A DNA stretch of 24,905 bases from an uncultured Oscillospiraceae bacterium. Its GTDB lineage: Bacteria > Bacillota > Clostridia > Christensenellales > CAG-138. The stretch lies in the NCBI GenBank assembly GCA_964636685.1, contig CAZWUK010000029.1:1-24905 (forward strand), in the 5' to 3' direction. A program made the translations under genes and the position numbers. The notes under the pieces are model-generated. The model saw nothing but the letters and a program-made list of their open reading frames with translations. It was not told where the DNA came from and made no database searches. This document shows, piece by piece, positions 15,986 to 24,905 of this stretch (position 1 is its first letter; every line of letters begins with the position of its first letter).

Positions 15986-17353
15986 TTATTCGGCGGAATC
16001 CTCAGAAGGAGCTTCCTCCGATTCGGTCTTTTTTGCCGCGGCGTTTTTCTTTGCGGCGGGTTTTTTCTTGGCAGCCACGAGCTTTGCGTTCTTCACAATG
16101 AAATCGACGCTCTTCTCGGCAACAACGCGATCGGTCAGATACTCGATGTCGTCGTCGGAGAGGTTCTTGTGGAAGGTTTCCTTGTCGCTGCCGGAGTTTT
16201 CGGCATAGTCGGCAATGCTCTTGTCGAGATCTTCGGCAGAGCAGGCGATGTTCTCGGCCTTGCCGACGGCTTCGATGACGAGCTGCATCTTCACGCGGGC
16301 AGCGGCTTCATCGTGGTAGCTTTTTCGCAGCTGATCCATGTCCGTGCCGGTGAATTTGCAGTAGTCCTCCAGAGACATGCCGCTCATCTGGAGACGATAG
16401 GCGATGTCCTGCAACATATAGTTGACCTGACGGCCGACCATGACCTCGGGGATTTCGACCGCGGCGTTGTCGCAGGCGGCTTGCAGCGCGGCGTTTTCAA
16501 TGGCGGCCTCCGCGTTCTTTTCGGCGGCTTCGGTCAGCGTTTTTTTCTTGTCGGCGCGATAGGCCTCGAGCGTATCGAATTCGGAAACGTCCTTGGCAAA
16601 CTCATCGTCGAGCGCGGGCAGTTCCTTGATCTGAACGGACTTGATCGTTACATGGAAAATCGCGTCCTTGCCGGCAAGCTCCTCTGCGTGGTATTCCTCG
16701 GGGAACTTGACGGAGATGTCGCGCTCCTCGCCGATTGCCATGCCGACGAGCTGCTCTTCAAAGCCGGGGATGAAGGAGCCGGAGCCGATGACCAGCATCT
16801 GATCCTCCGCCGTGCCGCCGTCAAATTTTACGCCGTCCACGCTGCCGGAATAGTCCAGCATCACGCGGTCGCCGTTTTCCACAGCGCGCTCCACGTCGAT
16901 AAAGCGGGCGTTCTTTTCGCGTTCTTTTTCAATCTCGGCGTCAACGTCCGCATCCTCAACAGTATACGTTGGCTTTTCCACTTCTATACCCTTGTATTCG
17001 CCGAGGGTCACTTCGGGCTTGAGCTGTACGACGGCGGTGAATACCACGCCCTCTTCCTTGCTGATGGTCGTAATATCCAGCTCCGGTTTATCGACGGCGA
17101 TCAGATTGTTTTCGGTGAGTGCGGCGTCGTAGGCGTCGCCCCAGACCTCTTCAAAGGCGTCCTCAAAGAACACCGCTTCGCCGTACAGGTTTTCGATGAC
17201 CTTGCGGGGCGCTTTTCCCTTGCGGAAACCGGGAACGTTGTAGTGCTTGACGGTTTTGACATACGCCGTCTGCAATGCCGCCGCGAAGGCGTCCTTGTCA
17301 ACGGTCACGGTCAGTTTTGCTTTGTTGTTTTCGAGTTTTTCAAAGGTTGCCAT
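15986..17353 (-). CDS. tig: trigger factor (ribosome-associated PPIase chaperone), 455 aa
   Basis: N-terminal ribosome-binding signature GFRKGKAPR, FKBP-like middle domain and C-terminal arm. Start ATG 17351-17353 (MATFEKLE) with GGAGGAA Shine-Dalgarno. 15 nt upstream of clpP. Confidence 0.93.
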   Translation of the reverse strand: MATFEKLENNKAKLTVTVDKDAFAAALQTAYVKTVKHYNVPGFRKGKAPRKVIENLYGEAVFFEDAFEEVWGDAYDAALTENNLIAVDKPELDITTISKEEGVVFTAVVQLKPEVTLGEYKGIEVEKPTYTVEDADVDAEIEKEREKNARFIDVERAVENGDRVMLDYSGSVDGVKFDGGTAEDQMLVIGSGSFIPGFEEQLVGMAIGEERDISVKFPEEYHAEELAGKDAIFHVTIKSVQIKELPALDDEFAKDVSEFDTLEAYRADKKKTLTEAAEKNAEAAIENAALQAACDNAAVEIPEVMVGRQVNYMLQDIAYRLQMSGMSLEDYCKFTGTDMDQLRKSYHDEAAARVKMQLVIEAVGKAENIACSAEDLDKSIADYAENSGSDKETFHKNLSDDDIEYLTDRVVAEKSVDFIVKNAKLVAAKKKPAAKKNAAAKKTESEEAPSEDSAE

Positions 17354-17409
17354 GCTTGTTCCTCCATATATCATCACTATCCAATGGCATAGTGCACCAG
17401 TATCGAGTC

Positions 17410-17438
17410 ATATTACCATATTCAATAGGCAATTGCAA
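17410..17438 (-). promoter_or_regulatory. sigma-A promoter for the tig-clpP-clpX operon
   Basis: Minus strand TTGCAA - 17 nt - TAATAT, with an extended -10 TGgTAATAT. Confidence 0.55.
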
Positions 17439-17577
17439 GAAACCGGGGGGCAAAATGCGGTGATTTCGTGAAGAAATGCGGCATTTGGGGGCGCGGACGG
17501 CGCCGGCGTATTCAACGCAAAACGCCGAAAGGATCTTTTGCGTTGACGAAAGCGAAAAAACGTGGCAAGATCTCCTC

Positions 17578-19062
17578 ATGGAGCGACAAAAAAGCTCGTT
17601 GTTACAACCGATTTTTCACGTTCGCCCGCTGTGTGTCGCGGCAATCGGATTGCTGCTTGGCGTGCTGTGCTATCGCTTTGTGCCGGTGCTGTTGCTGCCT
17701 TTTGGCGCAGCGGCGGCCGGCATTGTTTTCTTGTGTCTGCTGGCGCTCAAAAAGCGTGTCGCGGCGTTGCTTTTTGCATGTTTGGGGCTGGGTATGGCAC
17801 GGGTATTTCTCGCCGTACCGACCCTGCCTGCACCCGGGAACTATGTGATTGCCGGTACTGTCCGCGATCTGCCCAAAGCGTCGGAAGACGGCTGGGAGCT
17901 GACGCTTTCTCGCGTGACGCTCGACGGCGCGCCCATGGACGGGCGTCTGCTGCTCACGGTCAAGACGCAGCAGACGCCCCTTTACGGAACGGTGCTGACC
18001 TGCCGGGCAGCGGTGCGCCAATCGGAGACGGGGTATCGGGAGCGCTTGCTGTCGCAAGGGATTACGGCGACTGCCGCGGGCGCGGCGGGTACGCTGCAAG
18101 CGATCGACAGCAGCCCCAAAACCGACGCCTACGGGCTGCTGCTGGATTTGCGCGAAGCCGTGGGGGCGCGAATCGATGCGCTGTTTTTGTCCTCGGGCGG
18201 GTTGGTGCGCGGGCTGCTGCTTGGCGACAAGACCGAGCTGGACGAAGCATTCTATCAGCACGCCGGGGCGCTCGGCATGGCGCATTTGTTTGCGGTGTCC
18301 GGGCTGCATGTCACAACGCTTGCGGGCGCGGTCTATTTGCTGCTGCGGGATCGGGCAAAGTGGCGGTCGTTCTTTGCGCTCGTCTCATTTGTCGTGCTGT
18401 ACGCGGCGATCACCGCGTTTTCTCCGTCCGTGGTGCGGGCGGGCGTCATGCTGCTGTACGCGGCGCTTGCCGTGCCGCTTGGGCGCAGGGCGGACGCGCC
18501 CACCGCGCTTGCAACGGCGTTTTGCACGATCGTGCTGTGCAATCCGTTTTCGCTGTACACGGCGGCGTTTCAGCTTTCGTTTGGCGCGGTATACGGGCTG
18601 CTGCTGCTAGCGCCGGTACTGCAAAGCGGGATGCGGCGCGTTGCAAACCCCGTGCGTTCGCTGCTTGCGGCAAGCGTTGCCGTGAATTTTGCGACGCTGC
18701 CCGTGGTCAGCCGCCTGTTTTCGGGCGTTCCGCTGACCTCAGTGGTAGGGAATCTGTTCGTTTTACCGCTGTTTCCGCTGTTTTTGATCCCCGCGTTTGT
18801 CGTGACGGCGTTGTCCTTTGTACTGCCAGACGCAGCGAGGGTGCTTGCTGTTGTGCCGCGGTTTGTGCTGGATGTGCTGTGCGCCGTCATCGACGCGGGC
18901 GCGGTTTTCCGACTTGCCGTTCCCAAAGCGTCGGCGATCTCCTGCCTGCTGTTTTTTGCGGCAATGCCGCTGTGCTCGCGGCTGTATCTCGGCGACCGGA
19001 AAAAGGGGCTTGCTGCCGCCGCTGCCGTGTTTGCCGTTGCCCTTGTGCTGTGGAGAATCTAA
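17578..19062 (+). CDS. comEC: ComEC/Rec2-family membrane protein lacking the C-terminal metallo-beta-lactamase domain (DUF4131 plus competence domain), about 494 aa
   Basis: N-terminal OB/DUF4131 region and a polytopic competence domain (LLGDKTELDEAFYQHAGALGMAHLFAVSGLHV). Start is uncertain: ATG 17578 (MERQKSS) or upstream ATG 17476, and neither has a good Shine-Dalgarno. holA follows immediately, as it does downstream of comEC in B. subtilis. Confidence 0.75.
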   Translation: MERQKSSLLQPIFHVRPLCVAAIGLLLGVLCYRFVPVLLLPFGAAAAGIVFLCLLALKKRVAALLFACLGLGMARVFLAVPTLPAPGNYVIAGTVRDLPKASEDGWELTLSRVTLDGAPMDGRLLLTVKTQQTPLYGTVLTCRAAVRQSETGYRERLLSQGITATAAGAAGTLQAIDSSPKTDAYGLLLDLREAVGARIDALFLSSGGLVRGLLLGDKTELDEAFYQHAGALGMAHLFAVSGLHVTTLAGAVYLLLRDRAKWRSFFALVSFVVLYAAITAFSPSVVRAGVMLLYAALAVPLGRRADAPTALATAFCTIVLCNPFSLYTAAFQLSFGAVYGLLLLAPVLQSGMRRVANPVRSLLAASVAVNFATLPVVSRLFSGVPLTSVVGNLFVLPLFPLFLIPAFVVTALSFVLPDAARVLAVVPRFVLDVLCAVIDAGAVFRLAVPKASAISCLLFFAAMPLCSRLYLGDRKKGLAAAAAVFAVALVLWRI

Positions 19063-19120
19063 GATAAGAAAATGCAGCGCGACCGTTTTTCAAAGCGTGC
19101 GGATATGCTATACTACCATT

Positions 19121-20089
19121 ATGGAAGAAATCGCTTTTTTCAAAGCCATACAGACCCGCGCGGTCGCTGGCGCATATTATCTGCACGGGCAGGAGGAATA
19201 CAGCAAGGCGCATGCCATCAGGCAGTGCAATACGCTGCTGTCGGAGGGCATGGCGGAGCTGAACCGCCAGACGCTGCAAAACCCGACCGCCGCGGATGTG
19301 ATGCAGGCGTGTGAGACGCTGCCCATGTTTGACGAGCGCCGCATTGTGACGGTGAAGGAGCTTTCCTCAGACGACGCCGAAAAGCTGATTCCCTATCTTG
19401 ACAAAGTGCCGGAGAGCACGCTGCTATTGATTGTCAAGCGCGGCGAGGACGCCAAAAAGAGCGCGTTTTTCAAGACCATGGCACAGCTTGACCGAGTTGT
19501 GACGTTTGAAGCGTATTCCGAGGAGCGGGCGATGGCGTTTATCGAAAAGCGGGCAAAGCTTGTCGGCGCATCCGTGGGCAGAGTTGCCGCAAGAAAGCTT
19601 GTCACCATGGTTGGGACAGATCTGTCCGAACTGGAAAACGCCGTCAATATGGCGTCGGCTTATGTCAATTACGGCGAGATTACCGCAGCGGCTCTCGAAA
19701 CGTGCGTCACGCCCGACGCGGAGTATAACGCCTTCCAGATGGTGGATCTTCTTGTGGCGGGCAAAAAAAAGCAGGCGATCACCATGCTGCTTTCCAGATT
19801 GCAGGACGGCGAATCCGCCATGAGCATCGCGGCGTTTTTGGAAGGACGGCTGAAGCTTATTTTGCGGGCCAAGCAGTATGTAGCCGCGGGGCAGTCCGAT
19901 CAGCGCGCGGCGGCAAGTCTCGGCGGCAGTCCGTACGCGGCAAAGCTTGCGGTGCAAAACGCAAAGCGCTGCTCGATGTCGCAGCTGGAAAAGGCCGTGC
20001 TGTCGCTTGCCGACGTGGATCTTTTGCAGCGGCAGGGCAAGCGCAAGGACGTCGATTCTCTGCTGCTCGCGGTGCTTGGCAGCTTTTGA
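19121..20089 (+). CDS. holA: DNA polymerase III delta subunit HolA, 322 aa
   Basis: Length and architecture of a delta subunit: N-terminal clamp-loader AAA-like fold (GAYYLHGQEEY), central lid and C-terminal helical domain. The comEC-holA linkage is conserved. No recognisable Shine-Dalgarno before ATG 19121. Confidence 0.75.
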   Translation: MEEIAFFKAIQTRAVAGAYYLHGQEEYSKAHAIRQCNTLLSEGMAELNRQTLQNPTAADVMQACETLPMFDERRIVTVKELSSDDAEKLIPYLDKVPESTLLLIVKRGEDAKKSAFFKTMAQLDRVVTFEAYSEERAMAFIEKRAKLVGASVGRVAARKLVTMVGTDLSELENAVNMASAYVNYGEITAAALETCVTPDAEYNAFQMVDLLVAGKKKQAITMLLSRLQDGESAMSIAAFLEGRLKLILRAKQYVAAGQSDQRAAASLGGSPYAAKLAVQNAKRCSMSQLEKAVLSLADVDLLQRQGKRKDVDSLLLAVLGSF

Positions 20090-20163
20090 CAAGCACCGAA
20101 AGGAAACAAGACCCTTTCCCGGTGGAAATAAAATGATTGCGTAAACATAAAGGAGAACAAAAA

Positions 20164-20448
20164 ATGTTAAAACATGTCGTCATGCACAAGATGGAAAATG
20201 AAGAAGTGACCGCACCCGTCGCCGTGGAAAAGCTGCTTGCCATGAAGCAGGACATTCCGGAAATCCTCGATATTCAGGCGGGCTGCGACGTGCTGCACAG
20301 CAACCGCAGCTATAGCTTTGTTTTGACCGTAACCCTGCCCGACCGCGACGCGCTCAAGATCTATGCCAACCACCCCGCGCACTGCAAGGTCAAGGAGTAT
20401 ATCCACCAATACAGCCGCGCATCCGTATCCGTGGACTACGAGTGCTGA
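20164..20448 (+). CDS. Dabb-family (stress-responsive alpha/beta-barrel) protein, 94 aa
   Basis: MLKHVVMHK...DIQAGCDV...SYSFVLTVTLPDRDALKIYANHPAH is typical of the dimeric alpha/beta-barrel Dabb fold. AAGGAG Shine-Dalgarno 10 nt before ATG 20164. The ORF track begins 9 codons earlier. Confidence 0.7.
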   Translation: MLKHVVMHKMENEEVTAPVAVEKLLAMKQDIPEILDIQAGCDVLHSNRSYSFVLTVTLPDRDALKIYANHPAHCKVKEYIHQYSRASVSVDYEC

Positions 20449-20497
20449 CACGCCGTTAGATAAAGCGAGGCAATGGCGCAAAAGTCCGAAGGAGTCC

Positions 20498-20540
20498 AGC
20501 GGCAAAGGCACAGCCCTTGCCGCTGAATAAGCGCTTTCTT
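20498..20540 (+). terminator. probable terminator of the Dabb gene
   Basis: AGCGGCAAAGG-cacagc-CCTTGCCGCT hairpin (one bulged A), followed 10 nt later by CTTTCTTTTGCTTCTTTTCTTT. Confidence 0.5.
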
Positions 20541-20595
20541 TTGCTTCTTTTCTTTCCCGTGAAAGAAAAGAAGAGAAGGGTAGAAAACAACAGCG

Positions 20596-22620
20596 ATGAA
20601 TGAATTTCATGTCGTATCGCCCTATGAACCGGCGGGCGACCAGCCGCAGGCGATCGATCGGCTTGCCGAGGGCGTGCTGCGCGGCGACGATGCGCAGGTG
20701 CTGCTGGGAGTTACCGGCTCGGGCAAAACCTTCACCATGGCCAAGGTCATTGAGCGCGTGCAAAAGCCGACGCTCGTGCTGGCGCACAATAAGACGCTGG
20801 CGGCGCAGCTCTGCGCGGAGTTTCGGGAGTTTTTCCCCGACTCGGCGGTAGAGTACTTTGTGTCGTACTACGACTATTATCAGCCGGAGGCGTATATTCC
20901 CGCGTCCGATACCTATATCGAGAAAACGACCGCCATCAACGACGAGATCGACCGCCTGCGTTACAGCGCCACAAGCGCGCTCAACGAGCGGCGGGACGTC
21001 ATCATCGTGGCGTCGGTATCGTGCATCTATGCGCTGGGCAACCCGGAGGAATATATGCGCATGTCCATCTCCCTGCGCAAGGGGATGGAGGTCGATCGCA
21101 ACGAGATCGTCAAAAAGCTTGTGGACATCCAGTACCAGCGCAACGATTTTGACTTTGCGCGCGGTACGTTCCGCATTCGCGGCGATGTATTGGACATCTT
21201 TCCCATCAACTGGCAGGACAAAGCCCTGCGCGTGGAGTTTTTTGGGGACGAGATCGACCGAATCGTCGAGGTCAACGCGCTGACCGGCGAGCTTTTGGAC
21301 GAGCGCACCCACGCGGCGGTGTTTCCCGCGTCGCACTACGCGGTGGATCGCAGCCGACTGGACGAAGCGATGGGACAGATCGAGGAGGACGCCAAAAAAC
21401 GCGCGGAGCAATTCCGCACGATGGATCGGCTGATCGAGGCGCAGCGCATCGAGGAACGTACGCGCTACGATATGGAGATGATGCGCGAGATCGGCTACTG
21501 CAACGGCATCGAAAACTATTCGCGCTACTTTGACGGCAGAACGCCGGGACAGCCGCCGTTTACGCTGATCGACTACTTCCCCAAGGACTTTTTGCTGATC
21601 GTGGACGAATCGCACGTGACGCTGCCGCAGGTGGGCGCGATGTATCGCGGGGATTTGGCGCGCAAGACGTCGCTTGTGGACTACGGCTTTCGCATTCCGT
21701 CGGCATATGACAATCGACCCTTAAAGTTTGACGAATTTATCGCGCGCATTCCGCAGATGCTCTGCGTATCCGCAACGCCGGCGGCGTATGAAATGGGACG
21801 CGCAAAGCAGGTCGTGGAGCAGATCATCCGACCGACCGGTCTGATCGATCCGGAGATCGAGGTGCGACCCGTCAAGGGGCAGATCGACGATCTTTTGGGC
21901 GAGGTGCGTTTGCAGGCGCAAAAGGGCTACCGCACGCTTGTGACGACGCTCACAAAGCGCATGGCGGAAAACCTGACCGAATACCTCGACGGCATGAAGG
22001 TGCGCGTACGGTATATGCACTCGGACATCGACACCATGGAACGCATGGAGATCGTGCGCGACCTGCGGCTGGGCGAATTTGACGTGCTGGTGGGCATCAA
22101 CCTGTTGCGCGAGGGACTCGACCTCCCCGAAGTCGGACTGGTTGCGATCCTTGACGCGGACAAGGAAGGCTTTTTGCGCTCGACGACCAGCCTTGTGCAG
22201 ACCATCGGCAGAGCGGCGCGCAACGTGGACGGACGGGTCATTATGTATGCCGACGCGATCACGCCGTCCATGCAAAACGCCATGGACGAAACGAGCCGCC
22301 GCCGCGAAAAGCAGCAGGCGTTCAACCAAGCGCACGGCATCACGCCCCAAAGCGTCAAAAAGGCCGTGCATAGCACGTTCTCCATCACAAAGAAGCTTTC
22401 CGGCCCAGTGGAAACCATGTCCGACGACGAACGCGCGGCGCGCGTAGAGATCTTGACCGAGCAGATGCGGCAGGCGGCGCGGGAACTGGAATTTGAACAG
22501 GCGGCAAAGCTGCGCGACGAGATCAAGAAGCTTTCCGGCGACGAGATCAAGGCGGCAGAGAAGGCAAAACCCGGCATGATCGGCTCGCACAAGCGCGCGC
22601 GCGGACGCACAAGAAAGTGA
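20596..22620 (+). CDS. uvrB: excinuclease ABC subunit B UvrB, 674 aa
   Basis: N-terminus [11 protein letters not shown], Walker A GVTGSGKT, helicase motifs, and the C-terminal UvrB-UvrC interaction coiled coil ([13 protein letters not shown]). Confidence 0.95.
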   Translation: MNEFHVVSPYEPAGDQPQAIDRLAEGVLRGDDAQVLLGVTGSGKTFTMAKVIERVQKPTLVLAHNKTLAAQLCAEFREFFPDSAVEYFVSYYDYYQPEAYIPASDTYIEKTTAINDEIDRLRYSATSALNERRDVIIVASVSCIYALGNPEEYMRMSISLRKGMEVDRNEIVKKLVDIQYQRNDFDFARGTFRIRGDVLDIFPINWQDKALRVEFFGDEIDRIVEVNALTGELLDERTHAAVFPASHYAVDRSRLDEAMGQIEEDAKKRAEQFRTMDRLIEAQRIEERTRYDMEMMREIGYCNGIENYSRYFDGRTPGQPPFTLIDYFPKDFLLIVDESHVTLPQVGAMYRGDLARKTSLVDYGFRIPSAYDNRPLKFDEFIARIPQMLCVSATPAAYEMGRAKQVVEQIIRPTGLIDPEIEVRPVKGQIDDLLGEVRLQAQKGYRTLVTTLTKRMAENLTEYLDGMKVRVRYMHSDIDTMERMEIVRDLRLGEFDVLVGINLLREGLDLPEVGLVAILDADKEGFLRSTTSLVQTIGRAARNVDGRVIMYADAITPSMQNAMDETSRRREKQQAFNQAHGITPQSVKKAVHSTFSITKKLSGPVETMSDDERAARVEILTEQMRQAARELEFEQAAKLRDEIKKLSGDEIKAAEKAKPGMIGSHKRARGRTRK

Positions 22621-22664
22621 GCCGGACAAAAAGGGCAAAAAAGCAAACACTGCAAAAAAGTTAT

Positions 22665-22694
22665 AAAAAAGCGCGCATCCATCGCGCTTTTTTG
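22665..22694 (+). terminator. rho-independent terminator after uvrB
   Basis: AAAAAAGCGCG-CATCCAT-CGCGCTTTTTT. Confidence 0.8.
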
Positions 22695-22701
22695 CTATAA
22701 T
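22670..22701 (+). promoter_or_regulatory. putative extended -10 promoter for uvrA, overlapping the uvrB terminator
   Basis: TGcTATAAT at 22693-22701. No good -35. Confidence 0.4.
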
Positions 22702-22841
22702 CCCATTGCGATGCAAATGCGCCGGATACGATACGCAAGGAAACGATACGGTTCGATCGTATTCATGATAGGAACAGGCTTGTGCTTTTCGACCTGCCGC
22801 TTTGCATCCGCGAATGAATACGGAAAAAGCAAAGGAAGACC

Positions 22842-24905
22842 ATGAAGGATATTGTCATCAAGGGCGCCAGAGAGCACAATCTGAAAAATGTAGATATTAC
22901 CGTGCCGCGCAATCAGCTGGTGGTGTTTACGGGGCTGTCGGGATCCGGCAAATCAAGCCTCGCTTTCGATACGATCTATGCTGAGGGACAGCGCCGGTAT
23001 GTGGAGAGCCTTTCCTCCTATGCAAGGCAGTTTTTGGGGCAGATGGAAAAGCCGGACGTGGACAGCATCGAGGGACTTTCGCCTGCCATCTCCATCGACC
23101 AGAAGAGCACGAGCCACAACCCGCGTTCCACCGTTGGAACGGTAACGGAGATCCACGACTATCTCCGCCTGCTGTTTGCGCGCTGCGGAACGCCGCACTG
23201 CCCGAGCTGCGGCAAGGTGATTGAGCGGCAGAGCGTGGATCAGGTCGTGGATCAGGTCATGGCAATGGAAAAGGGCGCCAAGATCCAGGTCATTGCGCCG
23301 TGCGTGAGAGCCAGAAAAGGCGAGCATGCCAAGGTGTTTGAGGAGCTGCGACGCGAGGGTTATGTGCGTGTGCGCGTGGACAAGGTGGTCTATGACATTG
23401 CAGAGGTGCCGGCGCTTGACAAAAAGTTTAAGCACAGCATCGACGCCGTCATCGACCGGCTGGTCATCAAGGAGGGCATCGAGGGACGCCTGACCGATTC
23501 GCTGGAGACGGCGTTTCGTCTCGGGCAAAACCTTGCCATCGTCGCGGTGGTGGACGGAGCGGAGATTTTGTATTCGCAGAATTACGCCTGTCCGGACTGC
23601 GGCATCAGCGTGGAGGAGCTGACGCCGCGTATGTTCAGCTTCAACAATCCCTTCGGCGCGTGCCCGACCTGCACGGGACTCGGGACGCTGATGAAGATCG
23701 ACCCTGCGCTGGTCGTCCCCAACCCCGCGTTGTCGCTTTCTGAGGGCGCGGTCAATGTTTCCGGCTGGAACAGCGCCGCAAAGGGAACGATCGCCAGCAT
23801 GTATTTTGACGCGCTGACCAAGCACTACGGGGTTTCGATGGATACGCCGTTTTCGGAGCTGCCCAAGAAGGTGCAGCATGCCATTCTCTACGGAACGGGA
23901 ACGGAGAAGCTGCACATCGCCTACCAAAAGGACTATGGCAGCGGCACGTTTGACCAGCCGTTTGAGGGCATCGTGACCAATTTGGAGCGGCGCTATCGCG
24001 AGTCGCAGTCCGACTATATGAAGCAGGAGATTGAGCAGTATATGTCCAATATCCCCTGTCCGGATTGCCACGGGAAACGCTTAAAGCCCGCGAGCCTTGC
24101 CGTCACGGTCGGCGGAAAGAATATCGCGGAGCTTTCCGATATGCCGGTGCGCACCGTCCGCGCGTTCTTGCGCGAGATGGAATTGAGCAAGACCCAGACG
24201 ATGATCGCCGAACAGATCCGCAAGGAGATCGAAGCGCGGCTGGGCTTCCTTGTCAACGTGGGACTGGATTACCTGACGCTGTCGCGCGCGGCAATGACGC
24301 TCTCCGGCGGCGAAGCGCAGCGTATCCGGCTCGCCACGCAGATTGGCAGCGGGCTGGTGGGCGTCCTGTACATTCTCGACGAGCCCAGCATCGGGCTGCA
24401 CCAGCGGGATAACGCAAAGCTGTTAAAAACGCTCATGCAGATGCGCGACCTTGGCAACACGCTGGTGGTCGTCGAGCATGACGAGGATACCATTCGCAGC
24501 GCGGACTATGTGGTGGACATCGGCCCGGGCGCGGGCGAGCACGGCGGGCATGTGATTGCCGTGGGAACGCCCAAGCAGATCGAGGAATCACCCGACTCGA
24601 TCACGGGTCAGTATCTGTGCGGCAAAAAATACATTGCCATTCCCAAAGAGCGCCGCAAGGGCAACGGCAGCTTCTTGCGCGTGCGCGGCGCGCGTGCCAA
24701 CAACCTCAAAAATGTGGATGTGGATATTCCGCTGGGAACCTTTACGGTGGTGACGGGCGTTTCCGGCTCGGGCAAATCGAGCCTTGTCAACGAGATCATC
24801 AAAAAGACGCTGCTGCGCGATTTGAACCGCGCCAAGACCCGACCCGGCGACTGCGACGGAATCGAGGGAATTGAGGCGCTCGACAAGATCATCGACATCG
24901 ACCAG
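22842..24905 (+). CDS. uvrA: excinuclease ABC subunit A UvrA; 3'-partial, continues beyond the window; 688 aa present
   Basis: MKDIVIKGAREHNLKNVDI, Walker A GLSGSGKSSLAFDT, zinc-finger CxxC pairs, ABC signature LSGGEAQR, and a second Walker A GVSGSGKSSL. AAAGGAAG Shine-Dalgarno. The frame is open to the end of the window. Confidence 0.95.
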   Translation, partial: MKDIVIKGAREHNLKNVDITVPRNQLVVFTGLSGSGKSSLAFDTIYAEGQRRYVESLSSYARQFLGQMEKPDVDSIEGLSPAISIDQKSTSHNPRSTVGTVTEIHDYLRLLFARCGTPHCPSCGKVIERQSVDQVVDQVMAMEKGAKIQVIAPCVRARKGEHAKVFEELRREGYVRVRVDKVVYDIAEVPALDKKFKHSIDAVIDRLVIKEGIEGRLTDSLETAFRLGQNLAIVAVVDGAEILYSQNYACPDCGISVEELTPRMFSFNNPFGACPTCTGLGTLMKIDPALVVPNPALSLSEGAVNVSGWNSAAKGTIASMYFDALTKHYGVSMDTPFSELPKKVQHAILYGTGTEKLHIAYQKDYGSGTFDQPFEGIVTNLERRYRESQSDYMKQEIEQYMSNIPCPDCHGKRLKPASLAVTVGGKNIAELSDMPVRTVRAFLREMELSKTQTMIAEQIRKEIEARLGFLVNVGLDYLTLSRAAMTLSGGEAQRIRLATQIGSGLVGVLYILDEPSIGLHQRDNAKLLKTLMQMRDLGNTLVVVEHDEDTIRSADYVVDIGPGAGEHGGHVIAVGTPKQIEESPDSITGQYLCGKKYIAIPKERRKGNGSFLRVRGARANNLKNVDVDIPLGTFTVVTGVSGSGKSSLVNEIIKKTLLRDLNRAKTRPGDCDGIEGIEALDKIIDIDQ

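Noticed and set aside
22744-22765. GGTTCGATC resembling a tRNA T-loop (GGTTCGAnTCC), raising the possibility of a tRNA or tRNA-like element between uvrB and uvrA.
   Set aside because: The stem and loop register does not fit a T-arm: the loop is GTTCGAT with G in the first loop position. No acceptor, D-arm or anticodon arm can be built around it. It is better explained as part of the GATACG repeat and hairpin in the uvrA leader.
20449-22841. LexA (Cheo) box GAAC-N4-GTTC upstream of uvrB or uvrA.
   Set aside because: No match was found by eye in either intergenic region. The closest candidate is GGTTCGATCG at 22751-22760, which lacks the second half-site. This is reported as an absence, not a feature.

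Overview
High-GC (~60%) chromosomal segment with Firmicutes/Clostridia-type gene order and signals. It is almost entirely core housekeeping genes; the coat-F-like gene suggests a spore-forming Clostridia, but the taxonomic placement is a guess. Gene order, left to right: DUF4956 membrane protein (3' end), flotillin, Coat-F-like protein, thrS (minus strand) with a T-box leader, the prmA-rsmE-mtaB-HIT operon (plus strand, homologous to B. subtilis yqeT-yqeU-yqeV), a DUF368 membrane protein, a metallophosphoesterase and a small double zinc-ribbon acidic-tail protein (all minus strand), the tig-clpP-clpX-lon-engB cluster (minus strand), comEC-like plus holA, a Dabb-family protein, uvrB, and uvrA (3'-truncated at the window end). 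Sigma-A-like promoters and rho-independent terminators can be read at most operon boundaries. No tRNA, rRNA, CRISPR array, transposase or integrase is detectable, so no mobile or defence island is evident. The long ORFs antisense to real genes (496, 526, 477, 681, 482 aa and similar) are ordinary high-GC artefacts. The points worth a second look are small. First, an identical 26-nt hairpin flanks a ~200-bp structured intergenic segment. Second, a small double zinc-ribbon protein with a polyacidic tail is expressed from its own consensus promoter next to engB. Third, uvrA has its own promoter and a structured leader while no LexA box is visible near uvrB or uvrA. Fourth, the thrS leader is a T-box. 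Fifth, comEC lacks the metallo-beta-lactamase domain. Sixth, several perfect palindromes sit in promoter regions.
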